Part shown: positions 1-8,969 of the stretch, piece after piece
Position numbering within the stretch: position 1 is the first letter of the stretch
Layout of the letters: every line of letters starts with the position of its first letter
DNA from: Fusobacteriota bacterium
Lineage (GTDB): Bacteria; Fusobacteriota; Fusobacteriia; Fusobacteriales; JBNJFI01
DNA: 64,000 nucleotides
NCBI GenBank assembly: GCA_051746725.1
Contig: JBNJFI010000002.1
Coordinates: 2,460-66,459, forward strand
Direction: 5' to 3'
Position numbers and translations under genes: made by a program
The notes under the pieces: model-generated
Databases searched by the model: none
Told to the model about the DNA's origin: nothing
What the model saw: only the letters and a program-made list of their open reading frames with translations

Positions 1-606
1 ATCTTGAAAATTGGAAAGTTAAATGGGAAAATGGGAAAAGGTAAGATCACTAGTTTTTCAAAAAAAGAAATTATTTTAGACATAGAATTAAATGAATCTC
101 CTCCTAAACCTGTACCTATAAATCTTATTATGGCTATGCCTAGACCAAAGGTATTTCAGAGAGTTTTAAGAACAGTTACAACTATAGGAATAAAAAACAT
201 TTTTTTTATAAGAACTTGGAAAGTAGAAAAAAGTTTTTTTGAGTCAAGCAAATTAGATAAAGAAAATATAAAACGAAATATAATTTTAGGATTAGAACAG
301 GCTAAAGATACAATAGAACCAGATGTATCCATGAAAAAACTTTTCAAACCATTTATTGAAGATGAATTACCTGAAATAATCAATGGAACAATACCTTTAG
401 TAGCACATCCATATACAAGATATGATAAAAAAATTAAATGTGATAAAAATCAACCTAAAACAATTTGTATTGGACCAGAAGGCGGCTTTACTGAGTATGA
501 GATAAAAAAATTGAAAGAAATTGGATTTAATGTTTTTGACATAGGTAACCGTATATTGACAGTTGAAAGTGCAATTCCTTATATAATTGGAAAAATTCAA
601 GGATAA
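1..606 (+). CDS. rsmE: 16S rRNA (uracil1498-N3)-methyltransferase RsmE; 5' end probably cut by the window edge
   Basis: The ORF 4..606 is open back to base 1. The C-terminal SPOUT-type motif ICIGPEGGFTEYEI...GNRILTVESA is typical of RsmE. Only 200 aa are present, so the N-terminus likely lies upstream. Confidence 0.8.
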   Translation: MLKIGKLNGKMGKGKITSFSKKEIILDIELNESPPKPVPINLIMAMPRPKVFQRVLRTVTTIGIKNIFFIRTWKVEKSFFESSKLDKENIKRNIILGLEQAKDTIEPDVSMKKLFKPFIEDELPEIINGTIPLVAHPYTRYDKKIKCDKNQPKTICIGPEGGFTEYEIKKLKEIGFNVFDIGNRILTVESAIPYIIGKIQG

Positions 607-622
607 AATTGGAGGTGATGAA

Positions 623-2623
623 GTGAAAAAAAATGTATTAATATTAGGGGGAACTAATTCAGGAAAAACGACCTTACTACAAAAAAAATATAAAACTCTA
701 ATTGAGAAAAATAAAGTTGATAGTGAAAAAATATTAGTTTTAGTTCAAAATAGACAGAAAGCCATGCAATGGAAAGAACGAATGAACTTTAAAACAAGTA
801 GTAAAATTGCAATTGGATCTTTTTTTGGATTTATGCAACGAGAACTAAAAACATATTGGGCTGTAGTTTTGAAAAGATGTAATATAATCGAAAATAAAAA
901 TATCTTTCCTGTATTTATGACTTTTGAAGCTTCACAATCTTTAATGAATAAAACAATTGAATATTATAGAAAAAGAGGTTATTTAAAGGGGTTAATCTCA
1001 ACGAAAGACCGAATAGCACGAAAATTTCTTTCAAATATAAGTAACGCATCTCTAGCAGGAATTCCTATTCATGAAATTGGTGAAAGATTATATCAATCTA
1101 TTCATGATTATAATAATAATTCAAAGTACATTTATGATGATTTAAATAAAATTATAGAACAATATATGAAAAGATCTTTAAAAACAGGGACGCTAGACTA
1201 TTCATTAGTTGTATATGTTTATTCTAAATATCTTTTATCAGATAAAAGATATTTAGATAATTTGAAAAATCGTCTAGAATATCTTTTAGTTGATGATATT
1301 GAAAATAATTTTCCAGTTCAAATTAATTTTATTAATAAATTAAAAGGGAATATAAAAAAAACAATATTAGCATACAATAGTGATGGTAGCTTCGGGATTC
1401 CAAGTAGTGAAAAACAATATTTAAAAAAAGAAATATTGGATAATACTGAATATACAAAGATAAAATTAGATAACGATGATTTATCAAAAGATATAAGAGA
1501 TCTCAGTAATAAAATTTATAAAAGTATCGTTTATAACGAAAAAATAAATAATAATAAAATAAAAGCATTACCTATACAAATGGATACTGAAAATGAACTA
1601 AAAAACATTATGAATAAAAAAGTGATTAATCAAGTTTTAGAACTTTTAGAAGAAGGAGTTAATCCTGAAGATATAGCCATTATAATCCCTTCTAATGATC
1701 TAAGTCTTGAATATGAATTAAAAAACACATTAGATCAAAAAAAAATAAAATTATTAAATTTAAATCGAAAAGACAAGATCACAGATTACCCATTTAATTA
1801 TGCATTGGTAATATTCGCTTATTTAATTTATGATTTTAATAATAATCTCTTAAATCAGGATGATATTAAAACTTTTTTGAATACGATATTGGACACTGAT
1901 TATATTAGAGCTTCTTTGTTAGTTAGAAATGGTATGAGTAAAATTGAAGGAAAAATTAGACTTGTAAAAATAGATAGTGAAGCTATTCAAAAAAGGGTTG
2001 GGGAAGATGTTATTAAGAGATATGATTATATTAGAAAATGGATCCAAAAGCATAAACAGTTAAAACTTGATATCCCGGAATTATTTAAAAAAATATATCT
2101 GGAATTTTTTATGAAGAAAGATCAAAAAAGAGAAGATATTATTAATTGTAGAAGCTTAATAGACTCAGCTGATAATTTTATTAAAGTTATAAGAGAATTT
2201 GATATGATAGAAAATCCAAATATAGAATTTCTTAAATTTATAAAAGAAGAATCAATATCATCTGAAACTATTTTTGAATTCCAAGATAGATTAAATGGAA
2301 ATTATATCACCCTAACTACTCCAGCGGGATTCTTTTTGGCTGATAAAACTTGTAATTATCAAATTTGGAACGATATAAATAATAGTCAATGGATGATAAA
2401 ATACAATAGTGAGTTGAATAATCCTTTTGTTCTGGGAAAAAGTTGGAACAAAGATGAAAAATATACTAAAGATATTGAACAATTAAATGATCGTATAAGC
2501 CTAGCTACTATGATGAAAAGATTAACCAAAAAATCCAAACAAATTTATTGTTTCGGCTGTAATTACTCTTTGAATGGAAGAGAACATGAATGGCAACTTA
2601 TAAACACAGATGATAATTATTAG
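623..2623 (+). CDS. AddB-like SF1 helicase-fold protein with a Walker A motif and a degenerate motif II; no nuclease domain
   Basis: The track ORF is 587..2623. An in-frame GTG at 623 is preceded by GGAGG at 611-615. The P-loop is GGTNSGKT. LLVDDIENNFPVQ stands in place of the UvrD DExQD motif II. The protein ends without any PD-(D/E)XK or Cys cluster. Confidence 0.6.
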   Translation: MKKNVLILGGTNSGKTTLLQKKYKTLIEKNKVDSEKILVLVQNRQKAMQWKERMNFKTSSKIAIGSFFGFMQRELKTYWAVVLKRCNIIENKNIFPVFMTFEASQSLMNKTIEYYRKRGYLKGLISTKDRIARKFLSNISNASLAGIPIHEIGERLYQSIHDYNNNSKYIYDDLNKIIEQYMKRSLKTGTLDYSLVVYVYSKYLLSDKRYLDNLKNRLEYLLVDDIENNFPVQINFINKLKGNIKKTILAYNSDGSFGIPSSEKQYLKKEILDNTEYTKIKLDNDDLSKDIRDLSNKIYKSIVYNEKINNNKIKALPIQMDTENELKNIMNKKVINQVLELLEEGVNPEDIAIIIPSNDLSLEYELKNTLDQKKIKLLNLNRKDKITDYPFNYALVIFAYLIYDFNNNLLNQDDIKTFLNTILDTDYIRASLLVRNGMSKIEGKIRLVKIDSEAIQKRVGEDVIKRYDYIRKWIQKHKQLKLDIPELFKKIYLEFFMKKDQKREDIINCRSLIDSADNFIKVIREFDMIENPNIEFLKFIKEESISSETIFEFQDRLNGNYITLTTPAGFFLADKTCNYQIWNDINNSQWMIKYNSELNNPFVLGKSWNKDEKYTKDIEQLNDRISLATMMKRLTKKSKQIYCFGCNYSLNGREHEWQLINTDDNY

Positions 2624-2635
2624 ACAAAAAGGCTG

Positions 2636-4789
2636 GTGCATATGGATATAAATTTTAGAAAAGATCAAAAAAAAATTATGGAATATGAAAAAGGAAGAAT
2701 GGCTGTCCCATCTGTTCCTGGAGCAGGGAAAACTTTTATTTTAACTAATTTAACTGTAAAATTAATAAAAGAAAATTTAGAAGAAAATCGAAAAATATTA
2801 ATTTTGACGTATATGAATTCAGGAGTCGTTAATTTTAAACACCGTATTAACTCTCTTTTAAAAAAACAGGGGATTTCTGATCAAAAAAGATATCAAGTAA
2901 TGACTATACATAGCTTTGCTTCTAAAGTTATAAAAGATTATATACATAGATTAAATCTTTCTTCTAATTATAATGTAATTAATGACAATTTAAAATCTCA
3001 ATATATTTCTGATTCAATAAAAGAAGTCAGAAGAGAAAAAGAAGCTCTATTTTTAAGCTATCTTGAGAAAAAAGGAGCTCATAGAAATTGGCAAAACAAT
3101 TTGAGTTACATTTTCAAATCCATATTAAGTCATTTTAAGTCAAATTCCATATCAGTTGAAGATGCAAAAAAGATGCAAAAAAAAATTTCTAAAAATGGGA
3201 TATTAACTTTGTGTATTGATATATTTGAAAAATATCAAGCGAAATTAGAAAGATTAGCATTAATTGATTTCGATGATATATTATTTTATGCTTATAAAAT
3301 CTTAAAAGAAAATAGTGATGTCAAAAAAGATTATCAAGAAAAATATAAATATATATTAGAAGACGAAGCCCAAGATAGTACCCAAATTCAAAATAAAATT
3401 TTAAATTTGATTGGAAAAAATTGGGTCAAAGTTGGAGATTTTAACCAAAGCATAATGAGTACTTTTACCGCATCTGATCCAATAATTTTTGAAAATTTTA
3501 TTAAAAAAGCAGAAACCAAAAAAGAGATGTTTACCGCTGGTCGAAGTAGCAAAGACATAATTAATTTAGCAAACTCTTATGTTAAATGGGTTACTAATTC
3601 TTTTCCGCAATCTGAATGTCAAGATGCCTTGCTACCACAATATATAAAGGAAGTTCCTCCAGGAGAAGAACCTCAAAATCCAAAGGTTAGTGGATATGGA
3701 ATTAGATATTACAAAAAAGATAATAAAGAAGATATGACGGAATGGATATCCAAATTAGTTAAAAGCTATTCAAAAAAGTATGATCAAAAATCAATTGGAG
3801 TGTTATTTCCAGCTAGATATTTGATTGATGATTGTATAGAGGAATTTGAAAAGCAAGATATCGATTATCAGATTTTAACTGGGATATCTTCTGAAAATGC
3901 TGAGTTTTTCAATAAATTATCTGATATCATTAAATTTTTGGATAAACCTTATTCGCCTTTCTTTTTTAAAAATACTATTGAAAATGAATTTGAAGATAAT
4001 GACGCTAAACAAGAGTTAGTAAAAATAGATGAGTTTTGGAAGAAAATGGGCTTAACATATAAAATAGAAGATATTATTTTTAATTTAAATGATATTAAAA
4101 TTCCTAGAGAAATAATGAATCTTGATATTTGGCCAAAATATATGGATTTCTTAAATAAATTAAAAAAACTCCTTGAATTCCCTAAAATGTCCCTGGAGAA
4201 GTTAGTTATGTATATTGGAGAAATTTTTGATGTATCTAACGATCAAAAAATTATATTAGATGGAATAGCAGATGAATTAAACTCTTATTATAGAATAAAT
4301 CCAAAATGGGGGTTAAAGGACTTGGCAAATGAATTGGATAATGCTCAAAATAATAAATTTAGTTTAGTTGCTAAATTTTTATATAATATGAAAGAAGATG
4401 TTGATCAAAAAAAGGTGATTATAACAACTTATCATGGAAGTAAAGGATTAGAATGGGATTTTGTAATATTAGGAGGTCTAGATAAATATAATTTTCCTGG
4501 TAATGTTAAAGATAATTTTAGAGGTGAAGCGCATTATCTAAAAGAAAAATATGCTAATCCTGCTATATTAGCAAAATATGAATTAGAAAAATATATAAAG
4601 GGAGAATCTCGAAAGGATCCCTTTTTTGAAGCTAAAATTAATGAAATATCTGAGCGTATTCGTTTAGTATATGTAGGAATTACAAGAGCTAGGGAAAATT
4701 TAGCTTTAATTATGGAAGATAGCCGAAATTTTCCATCTATTTATTTCAGTAAGTTAAGCTCGATAATAGATGATAATTTAAATAACTAA
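2636..4789 (+). CDS. UvrD/Rep/AddA-type SF1 DNA helicase (active motifs, no C-terminal nuclease domain)
   Basis: Motifs seen are Walker A VPGAGKTF, motif II LEDEAQDS, motif V TYHGSKGLEWDFVIL and motif VI VYVGITRARENL. The protein stops about 30 aa after motif VI. An alternative ATG start lies at 2642. Confidence 0.8.
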   Translation: MHMDINFRKDQKKIMEYEKGRMAVPSVPGAGKTFILTNLTVKLIKENLEENRKILILTYMNSGVVNFKHRINSLLKKQGISDQKRYQVMTIHSFASKVIKDYIHRLNLSSNYNVINDNLKSQYISDSIKEVRREKEALFLSYLEKKGAHRNWQNNLSYIFKSILSHFKSNSISVEDAKKMQKKISKNGILTLCIDIFEKYQAKLERLALIDFDDILFYAYKILKENSDVKKDYQEKYKYILEDEAQDSTQIQNKILNLIGKNWVKVGDFNQSIMSTFTASDPIIFENFIKKAETKKEMFTAGRSSKDIINLANSYVKWVTNSFPQSECQDALLPQYIKEVPPGEEPQNPKVSGYGIRYYKKDNKEDMTEWISKLVKSYSKKYDQKSIGVLFPARYLIDDCIEEFEKQDIDYQILTGISSENAEFFNKLSDIIKFLDKPYSPFFFKNTIENEFEDNDAKQELVKIDEFWKKMGLTYKIEDIIFNLNDIKIPREIMNLDIWPKYMDFLNKLKKLLEFPKMSLEKLVMYIGEIFDVSNDQKIILDGIADELNSYYRINPKWGLKDLANELDNAQNNKFSLVAKFLYNMKEDVDQKKVIITTYHGSKGLEWDFVILGGLDKYNFPGNVKDNFRGEAHYLKEKYANPAILAKYELEKYIKGESRKDPFFEAKINEISERIRLVYVGITRARENLALIMEDSRNFPSIYFSKLSSIIDDNLNN

Positions 4790-5490
4790 TGGAGGACACA
4801 ATGGAAAATATCAAAGATAATAAATCTTTTTTGTTTAGTCAAAATTCTCTCTCAACTTTTTTGCTCTGCCCATACAAATTTAAATATAAATATATAGATG
4901 GAATTATCTGGAGCGATGACGATGAATCCGATGATCCTTATAAAATCGGAAATGAATTTCACATTATGGCTGAACGATATTTTTTAAATATTCCTACTGG
5001 TGAAGAATATTTAGAAGATGAAACCGTAAAAAACTATTTAAAATTATTAAAAGAAAAATTTCCATATAAGCAAAAATTTCAACATAATGTTGAATATGAG
5101 ATTAGATACAAAAAAGATGAAATTAGACTTTTAGCTAGATATGATCTCATACGAAAAAAAGGAGATAATTATGAAATTTGGGATTGGAAAACAGGAGAAA
5201 AAAAATTAACTTATGAGAAGCAAAAAAATAAATTACAAAGCAAAATATACATGTTCTTATTAAAAGAAAAAGAAGATATTGAGGCTTCAAAAATAACAAT
5301 GAATTATTGGCAACCTTCATTTCCAAATGATAAAATACAAATAGCTTACAACGAAAGTGATCATAAAAAAAACAAAAGTGAAATTGAAGATATAATTCAT
5401 GAAATTTATAATACCAAAACTTTCAAAAAAACAGAATATGTTAAAATGTGTACATATTGTGAATTTGAAAAGATATGCAAAAATAATTAA
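4789..5490 (+). CDS. PD-(D/E)XK nuclease of the Cas4/AddB-nuclease type with a 4-Cys (Fe-S) signature
   Basis: There is an N-terminal Cys in LLCPYKF and a C-terminal CTYCEFEKIC (Cx2Cx5C). A D...EIWDWK (D/E)xK core and a QSKIY (QxxxY) motif are present. The ATG at 4789 overlaps the upstream stop; an alternative ATG at 4801 follows GGAGGA. Confidence 0.75.
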   Translation: MEDTMENIKDNKSFLFSQNSLSTFLLCPYKFKYKYIDGIIWSDDDESDDPYKIGNEFHIMAERYFLNIPTGEEYLEDETVKNYLKLLKEKFPYKQKFQHNVEYEIRYKKDEIRLLARYDLIRKKGDNYEIWDWKTGEKKLTYEKQKNKLQSKIYMFLLKEKEDIEASKITMNYWQPSFPNDKIQIAYNESDHKKNKSEIEDIIHEIYNTKTFKKTEYVKMCTYCEFEKICKNN

Positions 5491-5506
5491 ATCTTTAAAA
5501 ATAATT

Positions 5507-5534
5507 TTGAATACAAAGTAAAATATGTTAAAAT
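5507..5534 (+). promoter_or_regulatory. putative sigma70-type promoter (TTGAAT-16-TAAAAT)
   Basis: TTGAAT lies at 5507-5512 and TAAAAT at 5529-5534, about 35 nt upstream of the AGGAGG RBS of the 5568 ORF. The AT-rich background makes chance matches common. Confidence 0.4.
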
Positions 5535-5567
5535 AAATTAACAATTTTACATAAAGGAGGAATAGAA

Positions 5568-6212
5568 ATGAATTTAGCACAAAAATACGCAAAGCTTAAA
5601 CTTGTCGGTAAAGAACTGGCCTTATATATGTTAGGAATTTTAAATGGAGAGAAAACAAAATTTCAAAATGATGAGAAAGCAAAAGAAATTGAGGAAAAAT
5701 TTATCCCCATATATGAAAACTTATATTTAGAGTTTCAAGATGAAATTGAAAAAGATGCCATGATTACAGAACAAGAGTACGAAAAAATGTCTAAAGTTGT
5801 TCAAGATCTTCTTGAAAAGAATAATATAACTGAAGAAATGTTGTTAAATCGAGCTTTAGCAAGAAGTGAACTAAGAGGAAATAGCGGAGCAGATTTGGTT
5901 AAGGATCTATTAGAAAAACATCTTAAAGAAAGTCAGAAAAAAATTGAACATGTATTAAAAGATGGAAGCGCTCTCCTTAGAAAAGAAGAGTCTTTGGAAA
6001 AAGAATTGCAGGAAGTTACATCTAAAGAGGAAGAAACTAGAATAAAAAAAGATTTAGAAACTGTAAGAGAAGGTACTGATTCAATAACTACTAGATTGGC
6101 AGAGTTAAAAACGGCAAAACAGCAATTAGAAGAAGATTTAAAGAAAAAATGGAAATTTGAAATCTATGGAACAATCAAAAAAGAGGATCTAATAAAACAA
6201 ACCGATATATAA
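5568..6212 (+). CDS. hypothetical coiled-coil protein (Glu/Lys-rich)
   Basis: The ORF has a strong RBS (AAAGGAGG). The sequence is heptad-like and E/K/L-rich with no recognisable catalytic motif. Confidence 0.5.
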   Translation: MNLAQKYAKLKLVGKELALYMLGILNGEKTKFQNDEKAKEIEEKFIPIYENLYLEFQDEIEKDAMITEQEYEKMSKVVQDLLEKNNITEEMLLNRALARSELRGNSGADLVKDLLEKHLKESQKKIEHVLKDGSALLRKEESLEKELQEVTSKEEETRIKKDLETVREGTDSITTRLAELKTAKQQLEEDLKKKWKFEIYGTIKKEDLIKQTDI

Positions 6213-6252
6213 ATATCATACTAAAATAGAATACATAAAATAAGGAGAAAAA

Positions 6253-7428
6253 ATGATATCAAAAAAGAAAAATCATATATTATTAATAATAATGGCCTTT
6301 ACAACTATGGGTATCTTTGGAATGTTTATGGGAGGATTACGTTCTCTTGTAAATCCTCTAATACAAAATGATTATAATTTGACTTATTCAGAATTAGGTG
6401 TATTACTGGGGATATTTTCTGCCGGTAGCATCTTTTTAACCTTTTTTGCTGGAGAGTTAATAGCAAGATTTAAATTAAAAAAAGTTTTTTGGTTAAGCAT
6501 GTTAGTTGGAGGATTTAGTTTTTTATTTCTAGAATTTATTTCAACTACATTAATGTTAAAAATAGTTATGTTTGGAATTGGGATATCATTTGGAGGATTA
6601 AATGTATCGGCTAACTCTCTAGCATCTAGGGTTTTTACTAAAAATCGAGGTAAGATGATGAATAGATTCCATTTAGCCTTTGGTATTGGGGGGACTTTAG
6701 CTCCAATTTATGCAAATTATATCTTTAGATTGGGTTTTGAATGGGAAAAAACTTATTCTTTTGGAATAATTATATTTTTCATACTTTTTATCTATAGTAT
6801 GTTTTGTAATTTTCCCCGCGCCGAAAAAGAAAAAAAAGCCAGTGATAAAAATACATTTGAAGTATTAAAAGATAAGAGAGTTTTGATTTTTTTAATGCTT
6901 TTCCTCTTTTTAGTTGGGGCAGAGCTAGGTATGATTAGTTGGATAGGAGTTTATCTAAAAGATGTGCAATCTAGAAGTAAAGAAGAGATTGGATTTTATA
7001 CTTCAATGTTCTTTTTCTTTTTTAGTGGCGGAAGATTATTAGCCAGTATATTTGTTGAAAAAATAGGATATTTTAAAATTTTAAAGATAACTTTAAGTTC
7101 TGCAATAATAAGTTTTTTATTAGGCTTATTTGGTCCTAATTATTTTGCATTCTTTTTATCTTTAACAGGGTTATTTTTATCTCTAAATTTTCCAACAATA
7201 CAGGCAATTACATATGAGACTTTTGATAGCAATATCCCTAAAATTATTGGTTTATCATTGACAGCTGGTAGTATGGGAAATATTTTTTTAGCTAATTGGT
7301 TAATCGGAGTTATTAATGATGGATTTGGACTTAAAATAGGATTTGGATTAATTTTAATATATATGATCTCATTTTTAATGGGGTTATTTTATTTAGAAAA
7401 AAACTGTAAAAAGGAGTGTGCGGAATGA
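6253..7428 (+). CDS. MFS-family transporter
   Basis: The protein is 391 aa with about 12 hydrophobic segments and a central loop (PRAEKEKKASDK), a typical MFS topology. The RBS is AAGGAG. Confidence 0.7.
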   Translation: MISKKKNHILLIIMAFTTMGIFGMFMGGLRSLVNPLIQNDYNLTYSELGVLLGIFSAGSIFLTFFAGELIARFKLKKVFWLSMLVGGFSFLFLEFISTTLMLKIVMFGIGISFGGLNVSANSLASRVFTKNRGKMMNRFHLAFGIGGTLAPIYANYIFRLGFEWEKTYSFGIIIFFILFIYSMFCNFPRAEKEKKASDKNTFEVLKDKRVLIFLMLFLFLVGAELGMISWIGVYLKDVQSRSKEEIGFYTSMFFFFFSGGRLLASIFVEKIGYFKILKITLSSAIISFLLGLFGPNYFAFFLSLTGLFLSLNFPTIQAITYETFDSNIPKIIGLSLTAGSMGNIFLANWLIGVINDGFGLKIGFGLILIYMISFLMGLFYLEKNCKKECAE

Positions 7429-8000
7429 AAAAATTGATAAAAGATAGGTTTCAAGAAAGTATTGATACTAAACTAAAGATTTTAAATGATGAAGTTATTT
7501 TAGATCAAATTGAAAACTTGGCAAAAAAGGTTATTGATATTTATAACAAAGGGGGTACAGTCTTTTTTGCTGGAAATGGCGGAAGCGCAGCAGATGCTCA
7601 ACATCTTGCAGCTGAATTAGTTTCTAGATTTTATTTAGAACGAGATGGCTTGGCAGCACATGCATTAACTGTGGATACTTCTATATTAACTGCAATTGCA
7701 AATGATTATTCTTTTAAAAAGGTGTTTTCTAGACAAATAGAAGCTAATGCAAAAAAGGGAGATATATTTATTGGAATATCAACAAGTGGAAATTCTGAAA
7801 ATATAATTACGGCAATAGAAACTGCAAAGAAAAATGGGATCTATACTGCTGGGTTAACAGGAAAAGATGGAGGAAAGATGAATGATTTGCTTGATTTAAA
7901 TATCGTTGTTCCATCGGAAGATACTCCTAGGATTCAAGAATCTCATATATTAATTGGTCATATCTTATGTGAAATAGTAGAAGCTCAAATGGCAAAATAA
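7425..8000 (+). CDS. gmhA: D-sedoheptulose-7-phosphate isomerase (SIS domain, GmhA)
   Basis: GNGGSAADAQHLAAELVSRF and ISTSGNSENI are SIS/GmhA motifs. The ATG at 7425 follows AAGGAG and forms an ATGA overlap with the MFS stop. Confidence 0.8.
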   Translation: MKKLIKDRFQESIDTKLKILNDEVILDQIENLAKKVIDIYNKGGTVFFAGNGGSAADAQHLAAELVSRFYLERDGLAAHALTVDTSILTAIANDYSFKKVFSRQIEANAKKGDIFIGISTSGNSENIITAIETAKKNGIYTAGLTGKDGGKMNDLLDLNIVVPSEDTPRIQESHILIGHILCEIVEAQMAK

Positions 8001-8035
8001 CCCCAAAATAAACTTTTAAATAAATTTATAAAAAG

Positions 8036-8065
8036 CTTAGGGATAAAATAAATTTTATCCCTAAG
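8036..8065. terminator. bidirectional intrinsic terminator between convergent gmhA and the rseC-like gene
   Basis: There is a perfect 14-bp inverted repeat, CTTAGGGATAAAAT/ATTTTATCCCTAAG, flanked by A-runs and T-runs on both sides. Confidence 0.7.
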
Positions 8066-8078
8066 TTTTAATGAGTTT

Positions 8079-8477
8079 TTAACATTCTTTTATTTTTATA
8101 TGATTTAAAAAGTTTTTTCCAATTTTTTTATCAATAAAGTAAATCAGAAAAAAAGAAATCACTAAACTTAATATACTTATTAAGACCTGAATAGGCTCTT
8201 TATTTGTAAAATAAGTTGATATATAATACCCTAGTATCATAGATAAAATAGGAAAAAAGTATATTAAAACTCCTAGAGAAAATATATATCTATTTTTTAT
8301 CTCAAAATGAATTATATCTCCTTCTTTAACATCCCTATCTGTAATAAACTCTTTTTCTCCAACAATCTTGTTTTCGGAAGAACATTTATCACAAGAACCG
8401 CAGTTTTCATCTTGTAATAAAGTCACAGTTATATGATTTCCGTTTTTTTCTTTAACAATTCCTGTAGATTCCATCAT
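8079..8477 (-). CDS. RseC/MucC-family protein (SoxR-reducing/positive sigma-E regulator family)
   Basis: The N-terminal soluble part carries CGSCDKCS, followed by two C-terminal TM helices. This is the typical RseC layout. Confidence 0.6.
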   Translation of the reverse strand: MMESTGIVKEKNGNHITVTLLQDENCGSCDKCSSENKIVGEKEFITDRDVKEGDIIHFEIKNRYIFSLGVLIYFFPILSMILGYYISTYFTNKEPIQVLISILSLVISFFLIYFIDKKIGKNFLNHIKIKEC

Positions 8478-8884
8478 TCACCTCGCGTTACCTCGAATTC
8501 TTTTTTGATTAAAATATTATTATTTGAATCCACTATTTTAACTTCCCATACACCTGTTTTAGATAAATACTTATTCGACCATGTTCTCCATCTTGGACCA
8601 GAAACTTTTAATTTAACTCTACTGATTTCTGTGGTTTTATCACCATTTTTTGTACTCCAAACATGATAGATATAATCTTCAGTATCTGAGTTTAAAATTT
8701 CGGAAAATAGAGTAGCTCTTTCTCCTAATTTAAATTTTTCTTTTTTGGCTAAAGGTTCACGTTCTTTAATATCTTCACACAATATAGCCCGTGAAACTCT
8801 TTCTTTTCTTTCTGAAGAATGATTGTTACTCAGGACCACAATTGAAGATGTAACTAAAAGTAATAGTATTAGTATTTTTTTCAT
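8474..8884 (-). CDS. small exported protein, possibly DUF2914-like
   Basis: A signal peptide MKKILILLLLVTSSIVVLS is present. The C-terminal RWRTWSN...GVWEVKIVD pattern fits, but the family assignment is only a recollection. A 4-nt overlap links it to the rseC-like gene. Confidence 0.45.
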   Translation of the reverse strand: MKKILILLLLVTSSIVVLSNNHSSERKERVSRAILCEDIKEREPLAKKEKFKLGERATLFSEILNSDTEDYIYHVWSTKNGDKTTEISRVKLKVSGPRWRTWSNKYLSKTGVWEVKIVDSNNNILIKKEFEVTRGE

Positions 8885-8969
8885 AAAAAAACCTCCTTAT
8901 ATTGTATTATAATAATTTTACCACATAGGTGCTTAAATTACAAATATTAGTTGAAAAAAAGGGGGAATT

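Noticed and set aside
587-622. The annotated ATG start of the AddB-like ORF overlaps rsmE by 20 nt.
   Set aside because: The in-frame GTG at 623 has a properly spaced GGAGG, whereas the ATG at 587 has none. The shorter model is preferred, and the same logic was applied to the starts at 34186, 62018, 43248, 39029 and 18395.
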